Below, piece after piece: positions 44,929-55,774 of a DNA stretch of 64,000 nt. This stretch comes from a virus: positions 7,712 to 71,711 of the IMG/VR virus record IMGVR_UViG_3300027917_000042, one strand, 5' to 3'. The notes under the pieces were generated by a model that was given only the letters and a program-made list of their open reading frames with translations, searched no databases and was not told where the DNA came from. The stretch's first letter is position 1, and each line of letters starts with the position of its first letter. Both the position numbers and the translations under genes were made by a program.

Positions 44929-47410
44929 CTTGATTTCCTGACGCCTTCGCTTTCTGGTTTTGCCTCTTTATCTCAGCTTCGGTCTCCTTGTCTTCGCGCT
45001 TCTGTTCCCGCTTGAATTCACGGTCTTCGCGGGCTTGTTCGCGCCGCGACTCAGCGTCCTTGCGGGCCTCTTCTGCCATTGCCATCAGCTCACGCCGGGC
45101 TTCCTCGGTCAGGGCCGCTTCCGCAGCCTGACGGAGTTTCTCGGCGTGCGCCTCGGCCTCCCGTGCCAGACGGTTCTGGTGTTCCTCATCCTTGCGTCGC
45201 TCTTCGTTCTCGAAGGCGATCTGCTTGAACTCTTCCTCGCTGGGCGGCGGCTCGGACTGCGGCATCAGCTCCATGGTGCCTTCCATGGCCGCAGCCTGTG
45301 CGATCAGCGCCTCCACCTCGGGGGCCAGCTCTTCCTGCTCCTCGTCGTTGCCGTCGAGATCCAGCGGCGGCAGCACGCCTTCCAGACGGGCATTCATGTT
45401 GACCCAGTACTTGTGGGCGTAATGCTCGGCGAGGTGTGCTTCGAGAATTGGCCCGGCCACCATCATGGCCTCGTCGTTCAGGCCCTGCATGAAGCTCATG
45501 TGGACCTGTATGTGAGCGTCGTGGTCCTGTTCGAGGAATGCCTTGGCCGCTCGCCCGGTCAGCATCTTGGCATTCTCGGTCACCGGGTCGCAACGCTTGA
45601 CCTCGTTGCTGACCAGCAGTTCCTCGTAATCGGGGATTCTGATGGCCTGCAGGAACCGCTCCTCGACCTTGTTGCGGTCGTAGAGGTCAGGGGCCATTTG
45701 TGACCGCTCCAGCAGCGCCTGCGCCTGCGCGATGCGCTGGGTCGAGCTGAACACGTTGGGATCCGACACCGGCACCACGTCCACGCGCCCGTCGTAGTCC
45801 TGCTGGTAGACCTGCTTGGACTCGCCGTCGATCTCGTAGGGATACTCCTGCGGCAGCCACTCGAAGTTCAGTTCGGCCCTAAGCTGGAATTCTTCCGCCT
45901 GACTCATGTGCAGGCGGCGGTGAACGCCGGAGAACACCTTCGATGCCTGCTCGATCAGGGCCACCGTGGTGCCAACGGGCCCCGTGTTGGGCGCGTCGCC
46001 GACGTTCTCGTCGGTGATCGAGGCGAACCTGCGGCCCGCGTCCGTGATGACGTTGAACAGTTCCACGAGCGCCGGGGACGGTTGTTTGAACGGTGGCGTG
46101 TAGAACGCCCGGGACAGCTCCTCGGCGGTCATGTCGCATTCTTTGTACAGCCCCGGAGTGATGTGGTTGTCGCCCTTCGCCAGCTTGGCGTCCTTCGACA
46201 TGAATCCGCCCTGCATGTTCGAAAATGCAGCGGAATCCAGCAGGGCCCGGATGGTGCCACTGGAGGTCTCGGCCACGGAGCCGATCATGTGCAGCAGGCC
46301 GAAGCCGTAGAACCCGAGACCCGGCAGGTAACGGTAATGGGTGAACCAGACCCGCTTCAGGCACTTGTCGTCCTGCTCCTTCCAGTTGCGGCGGATCGAC
46401 AGAATCTTGCGGGACTCGTTCTCGATGGTGATCACGTAGGGCAGCGGCACGTCTTTCTTGCCGTACCGCTTCTGATCAGGCTCGAACTCCCAGTCCATGT
46501 GGCATTCGTAGACCGTGTACATCCGGTCATGCTCATCGACGCTGGGCGTGCGGCTGTCGGCTTCGTCCTCCATGGCCCGGCCCGAATCGTTGCCGATGGT
46601 GTCAGAGTCGATGTCGATGATCGTGTCGGGCAGCTCGACCTCGCGATAGAACTCGTTGTGAAACAGTTTCTTCAGCTGCACGTCGGTCATGCGCATGCGG
46701 TGCGTGTAGCGCACGGCGGAGTGCAGGTCGGTGGCGGTGTAGGCGACGATCAGATCCTCGGCCTTCACGAACCGGCTGACCACCATGTCCTGCACCGTAT
46801 CCGGGTAGGTCTTCTTGAAAGCAGACCCGGCCAACGGCAGGTAGAACAGCATCTGGTCGGTGTGCCAGAAGTACGCCTTGTCCTGATCCACCATCTGGTA
46901 GTTCATGTGGTCCTTGACGCGCTCGGCCTGCTCGACCCGCTCCATGTCGCGTTTGCCTACGACTTTGGTCTTAACCGGGCCTTCGGACGGGAACGCTTCC
47001 TCGATCGCCCGCGCCTGAAACTGCACCACCGCTTCACCAATGAGCGGGTAAGTGACCGAGGAAGCGCCCTCGAATGGCAGATCCTCCATCGGAATGTTTC
47101 TGAGGCCCAGTAGCTCCATGGCCTGATCCATGCGGCTCTGCCAGTCCTCGCGACTGTGCAGGTCGGCCTCGATCTTCCTCAGGGTCTTCTCCGCCAGCTC
47201 CATTTGCTCGCGGTCTGAGAGCTTATCGACGAGGTTCTCGCCATGACCTTTCGAGTCCATGCTGGAGACCCGGCGAGCGCCGGGGTTGAAATCCACCTCG
47301 ACGCTCTTGCCGCGTCGCGTCACCCGCACGTCGCCATCGTCCAGCACGCCATCGGCTGGCATGTCGGTCTTCATCTCGGGCACCCGGGGTGCGTCCAGTA
47401 GTTTCGCCAT
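44909..47410 (-). CDS. Portal protein
   Basis: PFEGAS.V.YPLI.EAVVQFQARA, LPLAGSAFKK.Y, PGLGFYGFGL, APVGTT-like motif; C-terminal coiled-coil barrel. Confidence 0.93.
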   Translation of the reverse strand: MAKLLDAPRVPEMKTDMPADGVLDDGDVRVTRRGKSVEVDFNPGARRVSSMDSKGHGENLVDKLSDREQMELAEKTLRKIEADLHSREDWQSRMDQAMELLGLRNIPMEDLPFEGASSVTYPLIGEAVVQFQARAIEEAFPSEGPVKTKVVGKRDMERVEQAERVKDHMNYQMVDQDKAYFWHTDQMLFYLPLAGSAFKKTYPDTVQDMVVSRFVKAEDLIVAYTATDLHSAVRYTHRMRMTDVQLKKLFHNEFYREVELPDTIIDIDSDTIGNDSGRAMEDEADSRTPSVDEHDRMYTVYECHMDWEFEPDQKRYGKKDVPLPYVITIENESRKILSIRRNWKEQDDKCLKRVWFTHYRYLPGLGFYGFGLLHMIGSVAETSSGTIRALLDSAAFSNMQGGFMSKDAKLAKGDNHITPGLYKECDMTAEELSRAFYTPPFKQPSPALVELFNVITDAGRRFASITDENVGDAPNTGPVGTTVALIEQASKVFSGVHRRLHMSQAEEFQLRAELNFEWLPQEYPYEIDGESKQVYQQDYDGRVDVVPVSDPNVFSSTQRIAQAQALLERSQMAPDLYDRNKVEERFLQAIRIPDYEELLVSNEVKRCDPVTENAKMLTGRAAKAFLEQDHDAHIQVHMSFMQGLNDEAMMVAGPILEAHLAEHYAHKYWVNMNARLEGVLPPLDLDGNDEEQEELAPEVEALIAQAAAMEGTMELMPQSEPPPSEEEFKQIAFENEERRKDEEHQNRLAREAEAHAEKLRQAAEAALTEEARRELMAMAEEARKDAESRREQAREDREFKREQKREDKETEAEIKRQNQKAKASGNQDGARKA

Positions 47411-47413
47411 GTC

Positions 47414-49087
47414 TTACCTCGCTGCCCCGCCGTACAGCCTGCGTTGTGCCGGGCCCTTCTTGAATTGATCCATGAGGTCGATGTCGTCGTCGTCCTCGTC
47501 CAGATACTCCACGTTCCAGCGCCGCCTGAGCCACAGGGCCATCAGGATCACCGTGTCGTGCATGTCATCGTATTCCGCCGCCGGGAACTGCACCGTCTGC
47601 TCGATCACTTCCTGTGCCCAGTTGCGATCGACGTAGAACATGCAGCCGCGCTCGAACACCAGTGACGCCGCATGCGTCCTGACAAACTTCGAGTCGCTCA
47701 CCTTGATGCGTCGCACCGGCAGGGTTTCACCGTGGATGCGGGTGCGCTTCAGCTCCTGATACAGAGAGTGCCCGGATGCTTTCTTCTCGATCAGGATGAC
47801 GTCGGGGTTCCACTTGCGGGCGCTGGCCTTGGCCTCTTCACGCAGATCGGGGAAACCGACGCGCTCATTGTACCGTTCCAGCAGGATGGCGCAGAGACGC
47901 TTTTGGCCCTTGTACTGGGCGGTCCACGGTTGCCTCGGATCCAGCACCTCCTCGTGTTCGAAGATGCCCCACGTGGTGCGGGCCGAGTAGTCGTTGTCCT
48001 CGTTCTCCTCGAACGCCGTGTCGTATACCTGAACCACCATCGAGCAGACCGGCAGCTCGGCATCTTCCCATTTGCGCCAGTGCTTGCGCTTGATGATGTT
48101 GCCGCCCTCGGCCACAGGATCCTGCTGGATCTGCGCCGCGAATCCACGTTCGGTCAGTTCCAGCGCCAGCTCGGCCATTTCGCGCTGCCCGAATCGATCC
48201 GGGGCCAGCAGGTCGTCCTTGTTCTGGCGCGGATCCTGCCAGATGATCTGGTCCTTCTTCAGCGGCTCGGCGAACCGCTTCAGCCTGACCGGCGGCGGGA
48301 TGTCCTTCTCGGTCTTGTAATCGCGAGTGCCGGTGTCCTTGGCGATGGTCGTGCAGCGTCGATTGGGATCGAAGTAGCCGGGCAGGTTGAGGTGGACCCA
48401 CATACCGGTGGTCAGGGCGTAGCCGCACAGGTCCATGTGATGACCGCGCTGGGCGATGATGACGCGGGCGGATCGTTTTGGATCGTTGCGCCGCGTGGAC
48501 ATGGTGTCGCGCCACCAGTCGATCACTGCGGCCCGTTTCACGTCGGAGTTGATCTCGCGCATGTTGTGCGGGTCGTCAACCACAATGCGGTGACCCCCCT
48601 CACCCGTGTTGCCGCCATCCACCGAGGTGGCGAGACGGTAACCATTATGGTTGTTCTGGAAGCGGCTCTTGATGTTCATGTCCCCGACCAGCGAGAACAC
48701 GCCACCGAAGCGTTGCTGATACCACGGCGAGCGAATCAGCGCCCGGCATTTGACCGAGTCCCTGAGTGTCAGCTCTTTCTGGTAGGTGGAGAACAGCCAC
48801 TGGGTCCACGGCAGCCACGTCCACTCCCATGCGGGCCAGAACACCGCACAGGTCAGTGACTTGGTGTGTCGGGGCGGGATGTTGATGACGAGGTTGCGGA
48901 TGTCACCGATCGACACGTAGGTCAGGTGGTCGCAGATCGCATCCAGATGAATGCCGCCGATAAATCGGCTGCCCGGCTCAATGATGTGCCATGCCCGTTG
49001 CACGAAGCGGCGCAGATCCCGCCGCATGTTCTCGATCTGGATCTCGGTGAACTGGTGGGCCAGCTGATATGCGGTGCCGACTTCCAT
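47414..49087 (-). CDS. terL: Terminase large subunit
   Basis: INIPPRHTKS (Walker A variant), TGEGG..IVVDDPH (Walker B), YDTAF, IEKKASG, FP...YDDMHD nuclease motifs. Confidence 0.96.
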   Translation of the reverse strand: MEVGTAYQLAHQFTEIQIENMRRDLRRFVQRAWHIIEPGSRFIGGIHLDAICDHLTYVSIGDIRNLVINIPPRHTKSLTCAVFWPAWEWTWLPWTQWLFSTYQKELTLRDSVKCRALIRSPWYQQRFGGVFSLVGDMNIKSRFQNNHNGYRLATSVDGGNTGEGGHRIVVDDPHNMREINSDVKRAAVIDWWRDTMSTRRNDPKRSARVIIAQRGHHMDLCGYALTTGMWVHLNLPGYFDPNRRCTTIAKDTGTRDYKTEKDIPPPVRLKRFAEPLKKDQIIWQDPRQNKDDLLAPDRFGQREMAELALELTERGFAAQIQQDPVAEGGNIIKRKHWRKWEDAELPVCSMVVQVYDTAFEENEDNDYSARTTWGIFEHEEVLDPRQPWTAQYKGQKRLCAILLERYNERVGFPDLREEAKASARKWNPDVILIEKKASGHSLYQELKRTRIHGETLPVRRIKVSDSKFVRTHAASLVFERGCMFYVDRNWAQEVIEQTVQFPAAEYDDMHDTVILMALWLRRRWNVEYLDEDDDDIDLMDQFKKGPAQRRLYGGAAR

Positions 49088-50571
49088 CAGAGATCCTTCA
49101 GCCCGAGGAACTTGGCGAGCGTCAGCAGCTTGCCCTGCACGAACTCACCGAACGATCCGGCGGCGTTGTAGGTCACGGTCAGGGCGTTCCATACGGCAGC
49201 AGCGATGGAGGTCGTGTTGGTCATCTGGTCATCGACCGTGGTCGTGCCAGCATAGGTGGCCTCGTTGTCCCACACACCGCTGCCACGCAGCGTCATGCTG
49301 CCGGTCGTATTGTTGTCGTTAACCTGCACGCGGCCACTGGTCATATCCCACGAGAACGCAGCGGTGCTGGTCTTCTGCAAGAACTCAACGCCGCCTGTCC
49401 AGCCGCGCCCCGCTACGATGGCATCATTGACGTTGAACTCCGGCGTCTGCGTCGGCCCGCCACCAGCGACGCCCGAATAACACTGATAGATATTGAGCTG
49501 ACCCGTGCCGATCATGTTCTGCGTGCCAATGAAACTGCACTCGAAGTAGAAACCCGCGCCAATCTCCATGTCTTGGATTACGCAACGCTCGATAAGGTTG
49601 GCGTTATCGAGGAAGCCATTGAGCAACGTCACATCCTGAACACGCAGGCTGTCGGTGTTGGCACTGTCAGGGATGACCAGTGAAGTCACGGTTGCCCCTT
49701 CACCGATGATCCAATAATTCTTCGACAGATCAGTGCTAGCTGGCACTGTCTGGCTCGCATGAACGAATATCTTGGTAAGGCCAAGGCTATCCGCGATAGC
49801 AAGCGCGTCAGGCCAGTTATCGGATGGCGCAGCCAGCGTGCCTGCCGGATAGTCCGTGCCCGAGATGGCTGTCGGTCGCGCCGGATCGATGGTCACCCCG
49901 CCGCCATAGGCTGAGAACCTGATCTCGCTCAGTTCCTGAATCGTCGCCGAGGAGGACGTGGTCAGGATCACCTGCGTGCCCCACGTCGGCAGGATCGGCG
50001 AGATGATCGAGGCCGGAGCGCCGTCATCGATAGCCACGAGATTGCCGCCCGAGGTCCGCACCTGCACTACGTTCCAGATGGTGTAGTCGTCGCTGATGTC
50101 GAAATCGTTGTCGGTGCCGTTCTGGAGCGCCCTGACTTCCAGCTGAGTCGCGCTGATAACGCGCAGCACATCGCTCACCGAACGGTCGGTCCAGTTGACG
50201 AGGTAAGACCCCGGCGCGACATTCGCCGCCACGAAGTCGGCATTGGTGTCGGTCAGGGTCTGACGGTTGCGCTGGTCGGGTGGACCACTGGCGCTGGTAG
50301 CCGAGCCGGTCTCCGCCGGAGTGAAGCGCGGCTGGAACGCCAGCTGGAGGTTCTGCTCCTCGACCGTGATGGCAACCAGCACGCCGCCACCGAGGTCTTC
50401 CTTGCCGGACGCATCGAGCAGATACGGGTAGGACATATTCTGGAAGTCGTCTTCCAGACTCCGCAGGGTGTCCACGTAGTCCTGCATGATGATCTCGGTC
50501 GAGGGCGCGGCGATCTCCGCGTACCTCGGCGATACGTCTTGGACTACAACGATGTCTTCCCGGTCTGCCAT
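49087..50571 (-). CDS. Fibre/appendage-like structural protein (494 aa)
   Basis: Thr/Asp/Gly-rich; ASGKEDLGGGV.V.IT motif; shares a domain with 51113-53668. Confidence 0.7.
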   Translation of the reverse strand: MADREDIVVVQDVSPRYAEIAAPSTEIIMQDYVDTLRSLEDDFQNMSYPYLLDASGKEDLGGGVLVAITVEEQNLQLAFQPRFTPAETGSATSASGPPDQRNRQTLTDTNADFVAANVAPGSYLVNWTDRSVSDVLRVISATQLEVRALQNGTDNDFDISDDYTIWNVVQVRTSGGNLVAIDDGAPASIISPILPTWGTQVILTTSSSATIQELSEIRFSAYGGGVTIDPARPTAISGTDYPAGTLAAPSDNWPDALAIADSLGLTKIFVHASQTVPASTDLSKNYWIIGEGATVTSLVIPDSANTDSLRVQDVTLLNGFLDNANLIERCVIQDMEIGAGFYFECSFIGTQNMIGTGQLNIYQCYSGVAGGGPTQTPEFNVNDAIVAGRGWTGGVEFLQKTSTAAFSWDMTSGRVQVNDNNTTGSMTLRGSGVWDNEATYAGTTTVDDQMTNTTSIAAAVWNALTVTYNAAGSFGEFVQGKLLTLAKFLGLKDL

Positions 50572-51113
50572 CAGCTGCCCTGCGGTTTCGCCCCCAGCTT
50601 CGCCAGCTCCTTGTCACGCTGCCGACACAGGCCGATCACCTCCGTGTGTTCGCGGATGGCTTCGTCCTCCTGCCGGATCACATCCTCGGTTGCCGCGATG
50701 GATTCCCTGAACTGCTCGATCTGCGCTTTCAGTGCAGACTCGTCCCAGCGGCCCCACTCCCGGTAGATCACCTTGCGCCTGTCCTCGTCGTCTTCTGACT
50801 TCAGCAATTTGTCGCGTACCGTGCAGTTCATGATGAGCTGTTGGTACTCGCTGATCTTGGCCTGTGTGTCGGCGATGAACCCCTTCATGCGGTTCTTGTT
50901 CATCTCGCACTCGTTGATGCGAGCCGAGAGGTAGTCCACCCGCTGGTGCGGGTACTTGGCGTTGACCTCGGCGATAGCGTTCAGGCGCTCGGTCTCGATG
51001 GCATCTGCCAGCTGCTCCTTGGCCTGATTGCCCGTACCAAGCGGCATGTCCTCGATCCGCCTGCCTTTCAAGCGAATCGAGGCCACACCTTTCTGGCCGA
51101 TGTTGCTACTCAT
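50571..51113 (-). CDS. Coiled-coil protein with internal two-fold repeat (180 aa)
   Basis: Two helical repeats ending C..RDK.L; coupled on both sides. Confidence 0.75.
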   Translation of the reverse strand: MSSNIGQKGVASIRLKGRRIEDMPLGTGNQAKEQLADAIETERLNAIAEVNAKYPHQRVDYLSARINECEMNKNRMKGFIADTQAKISEYQQLIMNCTVRDKLLKSEDDEDRRKVIYREWGRWDESALKAQIEQFRESIAATEDVIRQEDEAIREHTEVIGLCRQRDKELAKLGAKPQGS

Positions 51114-53668
51114 CAGACGGCGATGGTGTCTTCCTGCCGGACGGTCGTGACCGTCAGACCGGAATCACCCACTGTCGCGTTCTGCGTGAACGGCAGGATC
51201 ACCTTGCCCTGTCGCACGTTGACCACCACACCAAAGTTCGACGCCGGGATCTTGACGATGGTGTTGGAGATCGAGGTCGTGCTGGCCTCGTAGTCGAGGA
51301 TCAGGTCGTAGATGTCATCAGCAGGTTCGTATGCCTGAATCGTTTCATTGATGGTGTAGGGATCAGTTGAAACGAATCCGCCCGCGCCGTACAGCAATCG
51401 CAGCTGGAGCGTGTTCAGGTCCGTGACCTCCGTCACCTCGTAGGTCGAGGCTCGGCTTGCCACGTGGACCAGCATCCCGATCTGCACGCCCTCGGTGACG
51501 AAGTCCGCTGTCGAATCCTCCAGCACCGTATCCGACGTGCCTGCGGTCGCAGTCGATTCCGTGATGTCGATGAAATTGAAGGTGTTCGTGGTGTAGCTGT
51601 CGTAGTAGTACCGATGCTCTTCAAACGTGCCGGTATCGACCACTCTGACCACGCCAGCGTCAGCCACTTCGGAATCGATAGTGCCGCTCACGGTGATGGA
51701 CTTGGACGAGATCGCCGTCACCGTCACGCCACCGAACTGATCCCGGTCGATGACGCCCGCCGTGCCAGTGTCGCGAGCCACCAGCACCCGGTCGCCGGTT
51801 GCAGTGTTCTCGACCACGATGGACACTGTGTTCGGCGGCGGTCTGAGCGTGCCCAGATCATCGGTCAGGGTGTATGCCTGCGGGTTCACGTCGATGCCGG
51901 TGAACAGCACGCCCGGCGCACCGAAGATCACCGAGCCGGTGAAGGTGCCGAACGGGCTGGCCTTGGGCGAGCTGATCGACAGGGAAGCTCCGCCTGCGCC
52001 GCCGGTATCGATGGTCGCTGAATCAGTAGACTCATCCTGCACCACGTCGGCATCGACCAGCGTCTCCAGCGAGGTCTGACCGTCCGTGATGGTGATGTAG
52101 GACTGCAACACGTCCTCACCCGCTGCGGTCTGGTTCGAGCCAATCAGTCGGCCCGTCCAGCCACCGCCCACGGTCTGGGTCAGGTCGTCGCCCTCGGTGA
52201 GCGATGCAGAGTGCGAGACGGTGTAGTACAGCGCCGACAATCCGCGATAGGACTCACCGGGGATGTTCACGCCTGCGCCGAACAGGTCGGTGTTGGGAGC
52301 GCCACGCCGGGTGATGTACTTCAGCCGCTCGTAGACCTTCGCCACCGGGATGTTGGTCTGGGCGTTGACCGTGATGGAGTAAGGCTCTGCCGTGCCGTTG
52401 CCGTCGAAGTCACTGGTCACGGACCCGATGCTGACCGTCAGGTTACCGCCCTCGCCAGCTGTCGTATCGGTCGGCCCACCCAAGTTGGTGGTCGGCGTGC
52501 CTGCCGTGCAGGTTGCGTCACCATCCGCCTGCGTGCTGAACACGTACTCCTTGACGGCATCCGAATTGGCGAAGTCGCTGAGATCGCCGACGAGGTAATA
52601 CTCCAGTACCGGAGCGCCCGTGGTGCCGCCGACTGCCGTGATGATGCCCTTCTTGGCATCCACCGCGCCCCAGCTCGATCCCACGTAAATGCCGTTGCCG
52701 ACATTGAACGCGCCCGAGCCTGCCGAACCAGTGAAGGTTTGGTAGCCGGTGGTGTTGTTGATGTCCGGGGCCGAGGCCAGCGGCAGGGCTGAGAAACCAC
52801 CACCCGCCACGTTCAGGCGGAAGTTGTCGTACAGCGACGTGTAGCGCCGGGCGAAGACTTCGAGGTCGGCATCCGCGATGCCGTTGGTGGCGATGAGCGA
52901 CGCGGCCTGAAGGTGCGTCCTGATGAGGACCGAGATGATGCCCAGCGAGACGTTGGGATCGGTGTCCCACCACTGGAAGTTGCCCTCCCAGTCGGTGATC
53001 TTGTTGCGGTCCTGATAGATGTAGACCTCGGTGCCCTGCGCCACGCTACCAATCGCCTGAATGGCGGTGTAGCGGGTCTGCCCGATCAGCGCGTTGCTGG
53101 AGCTGGTCGCGGACATCGTGCCGCCCGAGACGATCAGCGTGCCGGTGCCGTCGAACACGTCGCCCGTAGTCGGGGTCGAATCGTCCGGCCTGATCCAGAC
53201 CACCGTGGTGGTGCCATCCGGCAGCGTCTCGAAATCCAGCAGGGTGCCGGTGTCGCCCGAGTCGCCCTGCGTGATGAGCCTGCCGATGTCACCAGATACC
53301 GGACCAGTGCCGCCACTCCACTCGACGCACACCACGCCGTTGCCCGAATTGTCAGGCAGTGCGGTGTAGCTCCAGTCGGCAGAGATCGTGCCCTCCTTCA
53401 GCCACTCGGTCGAGGATCGTGGAATGAAATACTTGTTCTCCATGGTGAACGCATTCGGCGTCACCGGGAGCATGGGGTTGCGGAAACCCATTGCCTGAAA
53501 TTCGTCCGCTGCGTCAGCGACCGCAGAGTACAACTCCAAGGTCGTGTAGATGGTTGTAGAGGCACCAGCTGCGCGACGGATCATCCGCATACCCGTGGTG
53601 CCCGAGCCAACCGTCTCGTCAGCGAACAGGATTTCCCAGTCCCCGTTCAGGATTGCGAGAGTCGTCAT
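51113..53668 (-). CDS. Large beta-rich structural protein (851 aa)
   Basis: Gly/Thr/Asp-rich; SPFGTF.G...GAPGV motif; RBS GGAG. Confidence 0.78.
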   Translation of the reverse strand: MTTLAILNGDWEILFADETVGSGTTGMRMIRRAAGASTTIYTTLELYSAVADAADEFQAMGFRNPMLPVTPNAFTMENKYFIPRSSTEWLKEGTISADWSYTALPDNSGNGVVCVEWSGGTGPVSGDIGRLITQGDSGDTGTLLDFETLPDGTTTVVWIRPDDSTPTTGDVFDGTGTLIVSGGTMSATSSSNALIGQTRYTAIQAIGSVAQGTEVYIYQDRNKITDWEGNFQWWDTDPNVSLGIISVLIRTHLQAASLIATNGIADADLEVFARRYTSLYDNFRLNVAGGGFSALPLASAPDINNTTGYQTFTGSAGSGAFNVGNGIYVGSSWGAVDAKKGIITAVGGTTGAPVLEYYLVGDLSDFANSDAVKEYVFSTQADGDATCTAGTPTTNLGGPTDTTAGEGGNLTVSIGSVTSDFDGNGTAEPYSITVNAQTNIPVAKVYERLKYITRRGAPNTDLFGAGVNIPGESYRGLSALYYTVSHSASLTEGDDLTQTVGGGWTGRLIGSNQTAAGEDVLQSYITITDGQTSLETLVDADVVQDESTDSATIDTGGAGGASLSISSPKASPFGTFTGSVIFGAPGVLFTGIDVNPQAYTLTDDLGTLRPPPNTVSIVVENTATGDRVLVARDTGTAGVIDRDQFGGVTVTAISSKSITVSGTIDSEVADAGVVRVVDTGTFEEHRYYYDSYTTNTFNFIDITESTATAGTSDTVLEDSTADFVTEGVQIGMLVHVASRASTYEVTEVTDLNTLQLRLLYGAGGFVSTDPYTINETIQAYEPADDIYDLILDYEASTTSISNTIVKIPASNFGVVVNVRQGKVILPFTQNATVGDSGLTVTTVRQEDTIAV

Positions 53669-53683
53669 TCAATTAGCTCCATG

Positions 53684-55774
53684 TCAGAAAGTTGAGATCG
53701 TGTCTTCTTGCTGCGTCAGCGTTGCGGTCAGGCCGGAAGACGTGACTGTTCGCTGAAGCACCCCGGTTGGCGGAATAGGCAGATAGCGGGTCACATCGAG
53801 TGACGACCATCGGCCAGTGGCTTGTGTCGGGGTCGAGACTGCGGACAGCCTCGCCCGGACGTAGTAATACGGACCCTGCGTGGTGTTCTCGGTGGACGTT
53901 GCCCAGTTACCGGGAAGCGTCCAGCTCACATAGTTGAGGCCCGCCGTCGTGAAGCTGTTGGTTCCGTCTACCACGCCAGATAGCGCGGTCCATGTTGAAC
54001 CGTTCCAGTACTCCCACGTGATCGTCAGTCCCGAGCCTGCGGTGCTGACGTTGATCTTCATCTGGTTGAATTGCTCCGGGTGGCCCCAGTAGTAAGCATC
54101 GTTGACCGCCGGGGACGCAGGAGTGAGCGTCATGTCATCCGAAGTGCCGGAGTTTGCCTCGGTCGTCTCGTCGGTCAGCACGCCGCCGTCGTCGGCAATC
54201 GCTGCCGTGGGCAGGCCCTGATTGCGGGCCGTGATGAGAACGTCGAGTCCTGCGCCGAACGCGCCTTCGTAGTTGAGGCTGAAGCTGTACGTGCCAGTGC
54301 TGTCAGCCAGCCCCTGTCCAAGAGTGTCCCCGGCGGTGACTGTCCCTGCCGTCTCGTCGGCAACCACCTTGATTGCTGTGCCTTCTGCCACGCCATCGAC
54401 TGTGACGGTGACCGAGTTGTTAATGGTGGTGGATGCGCCTGCACCGTTACGGACTGTGGGTGTGTCGCCGCCGAGGACATTGATCGTGACTGCGCCGCCT
54501 GTGAGGTTGTAGACCGCCGCGTTGGTCGTGCCGTCTGCGCCGTAGCCGCTGAACGTGAAGTTGTTGAAGTCGTAGCTGCCCTGCGCCCCGGAACCCGAGA
54601 GCAGAATCGCATGGCCCGTGCCATCCGAGGTGAACGCGATGCCGTCGATGTTGTCGAGGTGCGTGTTGGTATCGACCTGTAGCGCCCCGTTGCTATCCTG
54701 TCCGCCGTTCACCACCCAGTTGCTGCCGTTGCAGCCATTCGGGTCCGACGCGCCGCAGTTGTTCAGCGTGATGTTGTCGAAGGTCTTGTCCACGTCTTGG
54801 AGGGCGAATTTGATACCTCCAACGAAGTCGGTGAACGAGACCGTGTCCAGCGCCATGACATCGACGTTGGCCTCGGTCCCGGTCGAGGAGATGCCGAGGT
54901 AGACGAAACCCACGTCGCCGATAGCGGTGATGTTCACGTTGGTCAGCGTGAAGCTGATCGTGTCGGTGGTGTTGCCGACCACACGGAAAATCATGTGGTT
55001 CACATCGACGTTGCGACCACCGCCGTTGTTGCCCAGCCACAGCCATGTTTCGTTGCTGGCCTCGAAGTATGAGTCGGCGTTAGCAGTCGGCTCGCCCCAC
55101 TCGGTCGGGCCGATGAAGTAATACACCGCGCCCACCGGGTTGGAGATTAGACCCCAGCCCCCGGTGATGTCGTCTGCGACTACGTCACTGGTCGTCTCCG
55201 GCGTGCCCACGGTGCCGCCGTTGATCCGCAGCGCGTAGCTGTCGTTGGCGTGATAGGAGAGCGCGTCGAAGAAGCAGTTGTTGGAGTTGCCGGTCGCTTT
55301 CGACAGATGCTGCCCGCCGTAGCCTGCTTGCGTGATCGCGGTCTGGTCGAGGTTCGCTTCCGAGCCGCTGATGACGGTGAACCCGGTGCCCGGTGTCGCC
55401 ACGATCACGGACACGTCGAGCTTGATGCTGAAGTAGTAGTCCGGCAGCGGCAGGCCCTGCGCATCGGCTCCCGCCACGTCGTAGGCGATCAGGTCGGTGC
55501 CGTCACCGATGGCGATCTGCAATCCTTGGTTGGTGTAGGTATCGACGAGGTTGTCCTTGACCAGCCCGTACACCGTGGTGTCCGACAGGTCGGTGCTGGT
55601 CAGGCTGGACTCGTAGATTTCCTCCTGACCCTGATTCGACCACTGGGTCGCCATGGCCCCGGTGGGTTCATAGAACAACCCGGTCGCGGTAGTCAGCGAC
55701 GGGCCTGCGCCGGACGACGTGACGTTGGTCGTCGAGTCGAAGCCGGTGATCTGGGTTCTGAGGTCGGTTGCCAT
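53684..55774 (-). CDS. Large beta-rich (beta-helix-like) structural protein (696 aa)
   Basis: Asn/Thr/Gly-rich; GHAI...F.GY...AVYN.TGGAVTINV.GG.TPTVRN; WEYWNGSTWTAL carbohydrate-binding-like segment. Confidence 0.78.
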   Translation of the reverse strand: MATDLRTQITGFDSTTNVTSSGAGPSLTTATGLFYEPTGAMATQWSNQGQEEIYESSLTSTDLSDTTVYGLVKDNLVDTYTNQGLQIAIGDGTDLIAYDVAGADAQGLPLPDYYFSIKLDVSVIVATPGTGFTVISGSEANLDQTAITQAGYGGQHLSKATGNSNNCFFDALSYHANDSYALRINGGTVGTPETTSDVVADDITGGWGLISNPVGAVYYFIGPTEWGEPTANADSYFEASNETWLWLGNNGGGRNVDVNHMIFRVVGNTTDTISFTLTNVNITAIGDVGFVYLGISSTGTEANVDVMALDTVSFTDFVGGIKFALQDVDKTFDNITLNNCGASDPNGCNGSNWVVNGGQDSNGALQVDTNTHLDNIDGIAFTSDGTGHAILLSGSGAQGSYDFNNFTFSGYGADGTTNAAVYNLTGGAVTINVLGGDTPTVRNGAGASTTINNSVTVTVDGVAEGTAIKVVADETAGTVTAGDTLGQGLADSTGTYSFSLNYEGAFGAGLDVLITARNQGLPTAAIADDGGVLTDETTEANSGTSDDMTLTPASPAVNDAYYWGHPEQFNQMKINVSTAGSGLTITWEYWNGSTWTALSGVVDGTNSFTTAGLNYVSWTLPGNWATSTENTTQGPYYYVRARLSAVSTPTQATGRWSSLDVTRYLPIPPTGVLQRTVTSSGLTATLTQQEDTISTF

